Below are positions 35,471 through 47,830 of a stretch of DNA of 64,000 nt, piece by piece; positions within the stretch are counted from its first letter, which is position 1; each line of letters begins with the position of its first letter. The notes under the pieces were generated by a model that was given only the letters and a program-made list of their open reading frames with translations, made no database searches and had not been told where the DNA came from. The DNA is from Camelus dromedarius (taxonomy: Eukaryota): the NCBI RefSeq assembly GCF_036321535.1, contig NC_087468.1:12090001-12154000 (forward strand), read 5' to 3'. The position numbers and the translations under genes are program-made.

Positions 35471-37584
35471 ATGGAATGGTGAGCATCTGCCCTGGGTGCC
35501 TCCTGCCTCTACCTTGGAGCCCACTGACACTGTGAAGACTCCGTGTTTTGACTCATCCCTGGGAATGGCTGCTTGTGCCCTTCAAGATGCCTTGTCACAG
35601 GTATGTCCAGCAAGAGGGTTTCAGAGACGCCTTCAGAGAACTTGGTTCATTTCCCTCACAGCCAGTATAAACCCATGGGTTCAGGTTCTTGTGCTCGGGG
35701 GGAAATCAGGGCAATTCCCATGATTTTTCTGAGAGGAGGAAGACCTCTGAACTGACTGAATGTTTTCCGGAACCATTTCTGCCATTTTTCAAGTGTCCGA
35801 TAGCCACACGGGGCTGGTGCCTCCCTGTCGGACAACACAGAACATTTCTATCTTTACAGAAGGACCTTCAGGCAGTGCTGCCCCGTGTAGCCCCATCTCT
35901 GTTTTTCAAGGGAAACCTGAAATCTGATTTTTTAAAAAATGAAATCTTGCCACTTCTTAAATATCGGCAACAAATTCAAATCCTAAACAGTCACGTGCGG
36001 GCTGGGTAGAACATGGATGTGGACCACATCCCCGGGGTAGGGAGGGTAGGTCATTAATCTGTGTTTTAACAAATCTTTCAGGAGGTTCTGCTGCAGGGGA
36101 AACTTTGAAAAACAGACCAAGCCATTTAGTTATGCCAGGAAAGGTCAGAACTCGAACTCAGGTCTTCTGACCTTTGCAGCCAGCATCATCCTGATGGACA
36201 AGATCAAATCTTTGGGGATGTTTCATACTCCTGTTCCCTGGTGGCCAAACTGCCTTGCCGCTGGGCTTGGGGGTTGGTGATGGAGCAGGTGCCTGCTGGC
36301 CCTCACCTGCCGTTTACGGAGGGCTCTGGAATTTTGCTAGATATTGTGCTTTGTGCCATTTCCTGTGATCCCTGTTCAAAACCAGCTCCAGGTCTCAGGG
36401 TGGAGGACTTCTCCCAGCTCCCAGGAAACAGAGGGAGGAGAACTCACAGGGGAGTCACCAGGTCTGCTTTGTCACATGACAGGTGGGGTTCTGGTTCGAA
36501 TGAGGTCACAGTCGTGGGGGAAGGGCAAGAGAGGGGTCAGGCCAGCTCAGGAGGGACCTCAGACCTACCTCTTAAATCATCCCAGTGCTGGAAAGTCTGC
36601 TAATTGTCCTGTGGGATCCATGTCAGCGTGCTGTAATTCTAATGACCTCATCGCATTCCTCCCAGAACTTGAAATTAATATCACCTACATGTCGGAGAAC
36701 GTCGTATCCAGCAGGCACTGCTGGTTAGAGCTTCTCCAATGGACATAATTTGATAGAAAACATTTCCTGTTCCTGGAGTAACACAGCGCATGTTGCAAAA
36801 AACCGCTTCTAGATGCTTGTCCAGCCAGAGCAGCCCACTGGGAACCGGCCTTGTTTGGTGGTCTGGGGAAGGTCTTGGATGTGCTATAAAGGGTTCTGAT
36901 TATAAAGGGTGAGATGAGAACCACTAGGTAGTGGGACAGTGATACCCCGGAGACCTCGATGGCGTTCTGTCCCCAGGAGAGAAGGAGGCAGCAACGCAGC
37001 AAAAGAAGCTACTGTCCCAGCCCAGGGGTGAGGCTTGCCCGACGGAGCACTGAAAACTGAGCAAGTCATGACTGCTGTTCACCTTGGGGGCCTGCAGACG
37101 CGACGTGTCAAACCCGTGTTGTAATCTTGCCACTGGGGAGTGTGACTCAAGAGGCATCTCCCCATTAACTACGTGGAGGGGTATGACAGATTTTAGATCA
37201 TTGTTACTAAGATGAAAGTCAAGTTCAAGGTCAAGATCATCATTAGTAAGATGAAGATCAAGAAAGGAAGCAGCCCTGCCTCCATGGGGGCCAGAAGCAG
37301 CAGCTGTACTTAACCTGGGTCTCAGACCAGGGTCCCGCAGCCCCCTGAGACGTGTCCCCTGACCCCTGCTTCGGGCCGTGTTGTGGGAGACCAGCACTCA
37401 AAGTGACCTTGGAGTGAGGGGACACTTCCCTTGGGTGCCTGCATCCTACCTGTCCTGGGGACACCTGCACCCACCTCCCCCATCACCCCAATGTACACTT
37501 GGTCAGAGCTTTCCCCAAGCTCTGAAGTCTCCCCCAAATGCGTGCTCTGCCTTCCTCTCCCCTCCCAAGCCTGGCCTGGTGGTT

Positions 37585-37980
37585 CAGCTACCTGCTGCTG
37601 CATAAAAAACCAGCCCCAAACTCAGTGCCTATGTCCATAGCAATTGCTCTTGCTTACAAAGCATGGGGCAGGAATTTGGAAGTGTCATCAGGGGTTACTC
37701 ATGCAACTGCATTCAGCGGGGAGCTTGACTGAGGCTGAAACAGGCCTCCATCTGTTCACACTGGACTTCTTGGCAGCTGGGCTCCATCCAAGAAGAAGGA
37801 AGCAGAAGCTGCCAGGCCTTTGAAGAAGTAGGCCCGGAACTGGCATGGTGTCACTCACTCTGCATTCTTTTGGCCAAAGCAAGCCTGAGGCCTGCTCAGA
37901 TTCAAGAGGAAGGGATACAGAGGCCATCTCTTGATGGGTGGAGGGCCAAGGATTTGTGGCTACCTTTAGTTTGCCACCTA
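37585..37980. mobile_element. MLT1 (MaLR) LTR, MLT1J/K-like
   Basis: ctgctgctgcataaaaaaccagccccaaactcagtg...aagcagaagctgccaggcc...tgcattcttttggccaaagcaag...ctcagattcaagagg. Confidence 0.65.
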
Positions 37981-38884
37981 GGTGCGGTTTGGGACAGCAC
38001 CGGGCCTGCCTCAGGTTAACACAGGCAGGGGAGAGATGCCCAGCTCCTGGTTGCGTTGATCAATGCAGGAAGGTGGCCCCTGGAGATTCCCAGGCCTGGA
38101 GGAGAGCAGTGTGCCACTGCCCACCCGCCCTGGGCTCCGGGAGGCTCCGGGGAGTGGCCCGGCTCCGTCTGCGTTAAGGCCCAGAGGCCCATGTTTCAGT
38201 TCTTTAGAAAGATGAGTGACTGTTGTGATGTTTCCTTTAGCCTGGATGTTGGAACCCCCTGGCTTGTGGATGTTGTGGAAGGGGGTGGAAGGAGTGGGGT
38301 GCAAGGAGGGGGCTGATGGCTGGTGAACTCATAAGCCTCCCATAGAGCACGGCCTTGTCCTTTGCTGGGTTCCACCGAAATGCCTCCAAAGCAAGGAGGG
38401 AGTGGGGTGCAGGGATAAACCAAGCCGCCCAAATCACAAGCAAAATATATTCTGCCTTTCTAGTGAAAATCCGCGCAGCGTTCTCCTTTGCTCTTTCTGT
38501 CTGCGGTTGTTATAACACAAAACAAATGTATTAAATTGCTTGCCACTGAGTCACATCGGCCGTCTGGCAGGCGTGCTGCTTCTCAGGTACACAACCAGTC
38601 ACCCCCACCCCGGGCTGCCTCGTGTCCCTGTGGAGAGTGACAAAGCTTGGGAAACCCTTGTCATGGAACTCTTTTGTCCACACCAAGTCCGCTGGAGGTG
38701 GCCTCCTTTGGGGATCCTGGCCGTGGCTGTGGGGAGGGCCCTCCAATGGCGATGGGTGGTGGGCACCCAGGTTTGGTGCCAGTGGCAGCAGAATCAGGAT
38801 GTCTGGCCACAGCTCGTGGCCTGGGCCTGGGCTCAAACTCAGCTCTAGGGGAACAGCATTGCTGGCTGGGGTTCACAGGATGCC

Positions 38885-39060
38885 AGGAGCCCCACATTGC
38901 CAGACATTTATTGAGTTTCTTATAGGCCTCTCTGTTTACTTATGCCTCTCAACAGTCCTGTGACAGAGGCCCTAGAATTGTCTCATCTCTCTTTAGGGCA
39001 CGTGGAGAGTGACTAGAGGGCCAAGATTTGACCCTGTTGCCCCCTTGACCACTGGCCCCA
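38885..39060. mobile_element. MIR fragment
   Basis: acatttattgagtttctta...ctcaacagtcctgtgacag...aagatttgaccc. Confidence 0.5.
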
Positions 39061-41059
39061 CTGCCTCTCTGCAGAGCTGGTGAGCAGGGCCCGAGGAGGC
39101 TCTGAGCTCCTCTGCTCATCCCTCAGGCAGCCTTGGCTCCTGCAAAGGGAGGGAGTGAAGGGGCCTCCCCCTGGGTGGGCCAGGAGGGGCTCTGCCTCCC
39201 AGCCCGAATGTGTTCAAATGCATTTTCTGCCTCTGTCCGACAGGTCAGATTTGTATACAGGAGACAGACCCACTGGGAAAACAGCTAAGGCCCCCAAGGT
39301 CAGAAGTGTCCCCGAAGAAGGTCCCGCAGTCCATTTCCCTCACCAGCATTGGAGGCTGAGGAGGGGACATGGGGTGGCCCTGTGGTCCTGGCATCCACCA
39401 CTTGGGCACCAGCCATCCCAGGGGCCCCATCTGTGCCCTGACTGCCCCAAGGCTGGAGCATCGTGCTTGAGAGTGGAAGATGCTTTGATGCTTTGGGAGA
39501 AAAACCAAACCGCCCCAGCAAGAGGGAAGAGGGCGCCCATGTGAGCAGGTGGGCGCTGCTGGCCGTGGGAAAGAGGGCTGCAGGGGGGAGACCCCCAAGG
39601 CCACCTGCGGGGCTCTGAAGGCTAGCAGGAGGCGGTGGAAGCACCAGAGAGCTCTGAGAGGGCGAGGGGGCTGCCCCTCGGCAGGGGCGTGGCCATGACA
39701 TCTGCGGCTCCAGGCAGTGGGCGTTGTCAGCAAGACCGGGTCCTTGGGTTCTGTGGTTGGTTTCAGGCTCGCTGCAGAACGCGCCTCTCCCACCCCAGCC
39801 CCAGCCCTGGCTCCCCGCAGGCAGGGCTGGGCTGTCGCTGGAGGGCACAGCCAGGCAGCAGGAGAGGGACGATGGTCTCTGGGAGGCAGAGTGAGCAAGG
39901 ACAGGGAGCCCATCCCTGCCGCTCAGAGGCTGTGACCTTTAGCAAGCCCATTACTGTCCTCCTTAGAAAGTGAGGGGCGGCCCAGACGGACATTGCTGAT
40001 AGTGACTCTGTGAATGTCCCAGGTCAGCATGCGGTGGTGGGGGGCGGGTGTTAAAATAATAATAAAAATGCTATTAGTTTCCACCTCCCAGTGGTGGTGT
40101 GAGCAGGGTGAAGGCCACGGGTGCTGAGTGGCGGGTATCAGAGAATGGTTGGTTTTATTATTTGCATTAGTGTCTCGAGCCCACCCTGGACCCCCTGAAT
40201 CAGCCTCCCCGGGGTGGGAGCCGGGAGTCTGCCTTATCTGAAACAGGTGCTTTGGGGCCCAGAGCCCTGAGCTGGGAGATGGCTGCGGTCCCCTCTGTGT
40301 TCTTGGCCGGCTTTGTCCCCTTGTCCTGCCAGTAGCTCTTTCCCAGGAAGAAAACCTCCATCATTATTTCATACGTGGTGTAATCACAGCTCTAAACCAG
40401 CCTGCAGAATGGCCTGAGTGCCCGGTGGTGGCCTCCAGGCCCGGGCTGTGTCTGCACCTAGGTGACAAGGAAACAGGTCTGCTTCCCTCGTGGACACTTA
40501 GGTTAACGGGGAGGAAGCTCACTTCTTTGGGGACAGAGAACGCTATTCACGCGTAAATGAACCAGTTGATAATGACCCCTTTTAGAGTATCTTGTTTGAG
40601 CCTTTACGGGGCAAGCCTCCTCACCCCCAGAGCATTATTTTAGGTTTCTGTGAGTCATAACACACTTCTACTTTCTTTATTAACATAGTTTTGGGGAAAG
40701 AAGAATGTGACTTTGAAACCGGGTCATCACAAGCCACAAGACTATGACAACCCTCGTCTTTACACCTTTGACACGGCCAGTGCAGGGGAGGGGCGGGGCC
40801 CCAGGAGTCACCGACCTGGCAGGTGGGTGTGTGGTCCGGGCGTGTAGGTGACAGTATGGTTTCTGGCTGTGTTTTTTAGCTTCTCCCCTATGGGACCCCC
40901 TTCCCTTCTACCTCACTCCTATGCCTCCAAAGGGAAGTGTGCTTTTTTTTTTTTTATCTATTAGCAGCCCAGGTGGAATTGCGTCCTGCAGTGGGCCCCC
41001 AGCTCTGCCAGTCCCAGTGGCCACACCCGGCCTGGGCTTGGCGCCAGGCAGAGTTCCTT

Positions 41060-41170
41060 GCTGGATCTTGGTGCTGTGTGATAAAGGGCAGGTTGTCCGA
41101 CCTCTCTGAGCCTTGGGTTCCTCATTTGTAAAATGCGGCGTAAACTTCACCTGGTTCCTAAATGAGGCCT
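41060..41170. mobile_element. MIR fragment
   Basis: acctctctgagccttgggttcctcatttgtaaaatg. Confidence 0.7.
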
Positions 41171-41877
41171 AGGAAAGACATTCTTATCCTCAAAAAAAGA
41201 TCTGATAATGGCACAGGGCAGGCGAGTCGCTGGCTTGAGGACATGCAGGGTTGAAAGACTGTCCCCGGGCCTGCATAGACCTCCTCTGCTGTGCTTTGTG
41301 AAACATCACCTCTCGGCCACCAGGAACAGAGACACTGGAAGCGCCTCTGCTTTCGGGGAGCCTGGACTCACCCTCCTGTCCATGACTCTTTCCTTGCGTG
41401 GACCTCAGGACACTTTTACAAATGTCCCTCTTGAAGTCCACAGCACCCTCTGTGAGGGAGAACTGCCACCTCCGAGAGGTGCGTGTGTGTGATGCTGAGG
41501 TCCTGGGCCTGTGGGTTGGGGCAGAAAGGGCTGGGGTGCTTCCTACCAAGGCAGAGGACCCCCTGGGAGGGAGGGAGCAGGCGGGGCGGGGGGGCGGGGG
41601 TCAGGTGCAGCCGGGAGCCAGCCTGCCTCTGTCAGGGTCAGGGGATGCTGTACCCTGTACAGCTTCTCCCTCCAGTCTGCCTGGGACCGCCTGCGCTGTC
41701 GCTCGCGGGCTGCGGGGAGCTTTCCAGCGGACCGAGGGGGCCTCTGCACCCAGGTGTTCAAGCTGAGCCTGATGGGCCGTCAGTCCTGGTGGTGTCGGGT
41801 GTCACCTGCTGATGAACTGAAGACAGTGGCACAAACAAGTCGGAATGAAAGACCAGACCCTAAAAGCATTGTTTTGG

Positions 41878-42030
41878 CCCATTCATTCACTCTTTCAGCA
41901 GCTTTGGTCGAGGCATGCCAAGCCCTTTTTGGGGCACTGGGAAAAGAGCAGTGAACAAACCAGATGGAGATCCCTGCCTCTCAGAGCTGATACTCTTGGA
42001 GGAAATAGGAAAAAAGACAGAAAAGCAGAA
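41878..42030 (-). mobile_element. L2 3' fragment
   Basis: attcattcactc...agtgaacaaaccagatggagatccctgcctctcagagctgatactct. Confidence 0.55.
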
Positions 42031-43427
42031 CACAAATTGTACATAGATTTACATGAAGGAGGGGAGGCGGGAGTCACGTGGAGACTCTCAGCCAAGTGCT
42101 CCCCCCTTGGAGCTCCCATGGCACCTGTGCTCCCCCCGACAGCAGGGACCTCCCCAGGCTGTGGCCTCCTACATCACAGAACCCAAGGAGGCGCTGAATA
42201 GGTGGTAGTTAAGTGAATGAAAGAAAGGACGCTCAGGTGGATTTGGTTGTTTGCAACAGAGGGACATTGCTGCCCCGGTGTGACTGTCTTGCTGTTCTTG
42301 CCTCTCCAAGGCCGTATGGAGGTCAGGTGCGCAGAGGGTAAAACGGGCTGTATAGGAACATCTTCCAGGCTTCCCCTTAATGGTCAGTCCTCAGCTGGCT
42401 CCCGTCCGCCCTCCGATCTACAGGGAGCCGGTGTCTCTCCATCTTGATGCCAGCCACCCTGGACTCCTTCACAGCTCTGGGACCACTGGCATCAGGCAAG
42501 GCTCCAGCTGGGGTCCACGTGCTGGCTTTTTAGACATTTCTTGAAAGACCTATAACTTCTGTCCATTTTTATGTTGGTCTACTAAGAAATCACATTTCTC
42601 TGGGATCTGTGCAAATGGGTTTTTGTTTGGTTGTTGTTTTTTTTTTCAAACACTGTAGATCTAGCTGAAAACAGACTGACTTGAAGCCTTTTATCCTAAC
42701 CACTGAGTAGAGGCAGTTCACAAACACACAGGATTTCCTTTTCCTACCAACTCCCACAGCACTTGGGCCGCCAAAGACAGCAGATGTTACCACGTTATCT
42801 CGCCTTGACAAAGGTCAGACCCTCTGCTGACACTGATGCCAAATTTCTTTGCTAAAACATTAAAGGCCAGAAAGGCCCCCTGGGATGAGATTGGCCACCG
42901 GGATGGTGAAGACCGGACAGGAGAGATGCCTGTTGGTGTCTTGCCCGCTGGTGACAGTGGCTTCGCTCCTGTGCTCTGTGGGGCCCCTCTGGGGAGAGTA
43001 ATCCTCCTTGAGCGCATGGACCGTGCCTTTGATCTGGAGAGGCAGATGCTCCAGGCGGTCCCCTGGGCACTCCCAGGCTGGGTGTGGGGAAACCAGGAAG
43101 CTCGCCAGACAGGAGCACTTTTTGGATTAGTTCTCCAAAAGAGTTTCAAACCGAAGGTCCTTCTGAATATATCACCGATGTCTTATGTCAGCGTTGAAAA
43201 CGATCCTCATGCCTTCTGAAACTTCACGAGCCTTTCCTGAGCTCCTGCTTTAAACAAAACGATAAAGGATCTAGGCTTTACCAAGAGTTTCAGCTTGGAT
43301 GTCTTCTTCATGATCATCCTTTGTGGCTAAAGGGGAGAAGAGCGCAGAAATGACCAACATGCCTGTTTCACGGAGGAAAATGAATATCTGACAGAGGGAC
43401 TGTTTTCTTTCCAGGCACTTTCTAGTT

Positions 43428-43640
43428 CAGGGGTCGGTCAACTTTTTCTGTAAAGGGCCAGATGGTTAATATTTTAGGGCCATGTGGTCTCTGTCACGAA
43501 TACTCGGCTCTGCTGTCGTAGCTCAAGTGTCATCATAGATAATCCATCAGTAAATGAGCATGGCTGGCTCCAATGTAACAGTATTTATATAAGCAGGTGA
43601 CCAGCCAGCCAGCCCCACCCTGGGTGGTGGCCAGATGGGA
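43428..43640 (+). mobile_element. MER58A-like hAT element
   Basis: caggggtcggtcaactttttctgtaaagggccagatggttaatattttagg...ctcggctctgctgtcgtagc...taaatgagcatggctg. Confidence 0.8.
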
Positions 43641-44199
43641 ACTAATACTGGGATGCTGGGAGCGCCCAGACCTAAATGCTCTCTTTATAGGTTGTGTGTC
43701 CTCCTTTGAAAACAAATTCCGTTTGGCTGCATAGTGGACAAGAAACTTCAAGTAGCCCTTCCAGGAAGTAGTGGGCACCCAGCGATGCCGAATAAAATGT
43801 AAAAAGCATCCATCTTTTTGGAAAAATAATGCTTTAGTAAACTGACATAAATTGAGGTGAAGTAGCAAGGAAACTGCACCCCGGAGAAACTGACAGTGCC
43901 CTGGGGGTGTCTGTTAATCCCAGCTTTGCCAGGCTGTGTGCTTGGGATGGGATACAGAACCCAGGGCAGAAACCAGGTCAGTTCTCAGGTTGAGAATTTT
44001 GTATAAAGCTGAGACCCAGCAGGGTGACACTGGAAAGCAGAACCAGGATGAAAGATGGAAATGATGAGGACACTTCCTGTCTTGACCTTGGCTATGATGG
44101 AGGGGCCAGAAAACCCAAATGGAGCCCAAGGGTAGAGTGCTTATAACCGTAATCCTGCCTTCGTTTAAGGTGAGCTTACATTGAGAATACCCACAGGCT

Positions 44200-44960
44200 C
44201 TGGAAACCAATCTGAAATCTTCTCTGGAGAAAACACATTAAACCTAGATTTCCAGAGATAATGTTCAAAGGAACATGAACTCACAACCTAAGCTCACATA
44301 ACCCACAAGGAAATAAGCCATAATAAGCAGGCTGGCAGAAGTAATGATTGACAGTGTCAGACCTGCAAAGACTGCAGATGTTACCTGATGTGGAAAAGGA
44401 CATATGTAAATAAACAAAAGAAGATATCAAAACAATGACCAAGGACTCAGAGGCTATCAGAAATGATCAAGAACACTAAATATAAAAAAAAAAAATAGAA
44501 CTTTCAGAAGTGAAAAATGCAATAATTGGAAATGGAACTCAAAAGATCAGGTAAATAGATTAGACACAACTAAAGAGAAAATTAGAAAATGAGAAGTTCT
44601 ACCTGAAGATATTATGCCTAATACACTAGGTGGAGACAAAGACGTGGAAAATATACAAGAAGGGTTAGGGAGTATGTAGGAAAGGGTGAGAAATTTTCAC
44701 ACACGTTTGACTCGTATGTATGCCAGAAAGAGTAAACACAGAGAAGTGAGGGGAGGAAATGGTAAAAAAAATATTGGTTAGAAATGTTCCAGAATTGACG
44801 AAAGACACAAATTCTGAGTCAGAAGCCCAGTCAAACCTGAAAAGAATGAATACAAATAAATCTGCATCTAATCCCATTTTACTGAGCTGCAGAGCAGGCT
44901 GCTAGGGAGGTGATGGGTTCCCCACAAAAGAACAACAAATGGACTGAAAGCAGCAACGAC
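44200..44960 (+). mobile_element. Highly degenerate L1/HAL1 ORF1-region fragment
   Basis: aatagaactttcagaagtgaaaaatgcaataattggaa...aatagattagacacaactaaagagaaaattag...gaatacaaataaatct. Confidence 0.6.
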
Positions 44961-45019
44961 TCAAGCCAGAAGACCGCAGCCCCTTAGTCCTCATTTGTGT
45001 CCATAGATTTTGTCTTTCT

Positions 45020-45140
45020 CCCTCCTGTAGAATGTAAGCTTCTCGAAGGCAGGGACTTTGGTTGCTCCCTGCTGTATCCTCAGCTTGAGGAAGTACCTGG
45101 TACGTAGAAGTTTCTCAGTAAAAACTGTTGATTGAGTAAA
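45020..45140 (+). mobile_element. L2 3' terminus
   Basis: tagaatgtaagcttctcgaaggcagggact...gtacctggtacgtagaagtttctcagtaaaaactgttgattgagtaaatga. Confidence 0.75.
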
Positions 45141-46074
45141 TGATGAAATGGTAAATTGACTTCCTTTCTCCAAGAGGCAAAAGATAGAAAGGCTTACATA
45201 CAAGTTTTGTATCTCAGTTCTGACCAGTGTTAGAAAGTGTCTCTTAGCAGAATGGATCTCTGCATTTTTGTTTCTTTGAGAAGAATCTTATCTCCCATCT
45301 CTACAGGACCCCCTCCTGTGTCCCTCCCCTCTTTGGCTGGAGCTTGGTGTTGTCCTGTCAGGTAGAAAGGTGAGGTCACACGTCAGCTCTGCCTTATCCT
45401 TAACAGCATCCTGCTGTGGTCTTGAATGGGTCAGGAGGCTCACGAGCCTTTAGCTATTAAAACTTTCAACTTCAATCATATTCACTTAGTGTCCAAACTC
45501 TCAGACCCAGCCCAGCCCACGGGTCCTCCCTCTGTTCACAAGAAAGGGTGAAGGAAGTGCCCAAGGCTGGTCCTTCCGAGGAAACGATGTAGATCGTGCA
45601 GAGTCTGGGGCCACGTCTAAGCGGGTTGACCTGCCAGAAATGCAGGGTCTTGTTCAAGGCAGCTCTTTGGAGCCCCACTGGCTGTATCTAAAGGACTGAC
45701 TTGTAAGTGACCTTAGTCATCGTCCAACTGGGCATTTCAAAAGGTATGTCCCAGAGCGCTGCCCCCTGCAAAAGTGGGTCAGATGCCCAGTAACTTAGGA
45801 AAACTCAGGTGAGCAGGTTTCTTTACTACAGTACTTCTCAGAGCTATTAACGTGCTGTTGCATGTACATGAGACTCCCTTGGAGGAGGTAATGATTATTT
45901 AGTGTTTCCCAAACTTGCTCTGTAGTGGACCCTGTATTTGCTAAGGGTCTTTAGGGTTAGGGCTCCTTCAGGACACTTTGGGCATGGAGCTGGATTTACA
46001 GAATTGTTATAAAAACAATGATTCAGAAGAATTGATCTTAAGACTTTTTTTTTTTTGAGTAAGTAATTAGATTG

Positions 46075-46340
46075 TGGAGCAAACTGTTTCTTAAGGACAC
46101 CCCAGCTTGTGATGGTAAAACTATCTGATTAGCAAGTAGCCAGTGTTCATCTTCCGGTTCTTTGCACTGGTGGCCACATCTGGCCCACTGCCTGTTTTCA
46201 TAGATGAAGTTGTAAGCCCATATATCCAGCTGCTTTCTTACTAGGGCAGAGTTGAGTAGCTGCAGCAAAAACCATTTGGCCCACAAAGCAAAAAATATTT
46301 AGTAACTGGTCCTTTACAAAACTTGTTTGCCGAATCCTGT
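46075..46340 (-). mobile_element. MER58-like hAT element
   Basis: ggccacatctggcccactgcctgtttt...ggcagagttgagtagctgc...ggcccacaaagcaaaaaatattta..actggtcctttaca. Confidence 0.7.
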
Positions 46341-46619
46341 TCTAGCTGTTAGAGGTGTCAAAGCCCAGGCTGTCTGATGCCAGGTGTAGCCATCATGCCA
46401 GAAGAGATCACAGGGGCTCTCTGAGAAGAGCTGAGGTCCTTTATTAGCAAGTGTGGACTGGCCCATGGTGGATCCGGTAAGGTGAAGCACCCCGGAGGAG
46501 GGGACTGGCAAAAGGTGGCTCTCGGGGCTGGGAGTGAATGAAGACTTTCCTGCTTTTCTGTGGCTCCGTAAGTGCTATTTTGTGTTTAGGGATGAACAGT
46601 ATTCTCTGTTTGATTTTAA

Positions 46620-47270
46620 TAGCCTTTATTATTATTATTTAAATGGCCTCTTTTTTCAGATTCTTTTCCATTATAGTTTGCGACAAGATACTGAATATAG
46701 TTCCCTGTGCTATACAGTGGGACCTTGTTTATTTTATTTGTAGTAGTTTGTATCTGCAAATCCGAAGCTCCTAATTTATCCCTCCCCCTCCTTTCCCCTT
46801 TGGTAACCGTAAGTTTGTTTACTATGTCTGTGAGTCTGTTTCTGTTTTGTAAATAAGTTTATTTATATTATTTTCTATATTCCACATGTAAGTGATATCA
46901 TAGAATATTTGTGTTTCTCTGTCTGACTTACCTCTCTTANNNNNNNNNNNNNNNNNNNNNNNNNNNNNNNNNNNNNNNNNNNNNNNNNNNNNNNNNNNNN
47001 NNNNNNNNNNNNNNNNNNNNNNNNNNNNNNNNNNNNNNNNNNNNNNNNNNNNNNNNNNNNNNNNNNNNNNNNNNNNNNNNNNNNNNNNNNNNNNNNNNNN
47101 NNNNNNNNNNNNNNNNNNNGGGGTACATGTATCTTTTTGAATTTGAGTTTTCTCTGGATATATGCCCAGAGTGGATTGCTGGTAACTCTATTTTTAGTTT
47201 TTTAAGGAACCACCACACTTTTCCATAGTGACTGCACCAATTTACATTCCCACCAACAGCACAGGAAGGT
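46620..47270 (-). mobile_element. Cetartiodactyl-type L1 3' end spanning an N gap
   Basis: cagattcttttccattatag...gaatatagttccctgtgctatacagt...ccctttggtaaccgtaagtttg...tttacattcccaccaacag. Confidence 0.85.
46940..47119. other. Assembly gap (180 N)
   Basis: N run. Confidence 1.
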
Positions 47271-47389
47271 TTCCTCAATAACTTCTTGATTCTCAGTACT
47301 TATAAAAGTTGTTAATGCCTGCTCCCTTTGTACCAGAAACTTCTCTTCCAGAAACGTGCTGAAAGGCATACTTGTATCCTTTGTAGAAG

Positions 47390-47830
47390 AGCGAAAATGA
47401 ATATTTAAGCATAGTGTTGCTTATCATAGAAACATACTGTAAACACTTCAGTATCTAATAGGGGAGATTGGTTAAATCAAAAGTAGTTAATCCATATACT
47501 GGGAAACTATGTGATTGGTAAAAAAAATGAAGAAAGAGGTGGGACAGTAATACGATCTAAAAGAGCTCAGAGACATGTTATTAAGCGAAGAGAAGCAAGG
47601 TACAGATTAGGAGGTACCGTGTGATCCGATTTGTGTTAAGACAAGGATGGGAGGATATGTGTACACACGTGTGTGCACACACGCCATCTGAAGGCACATG
47701 TACGAGGCTGTCAGCAGTGGTTATTTACAGGGTGTGGGCAGGGGTGGGGGAGAAGGAAATCTTTCCTTTTAATACCAATATCTAAACCATGTGCATGTAT
47801 TACTTTAATATTAAACACTAGTTTAGAGTT
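47390..47830 (+). mobile_element. L1ME-type 3' fragment
   Basis: ggggagattggttaaat...ttaatccatatactgggaaactatg...acatgttattaagcgaagagaagcaagg...tgatccgatttgtg. Confidence 0.55.
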
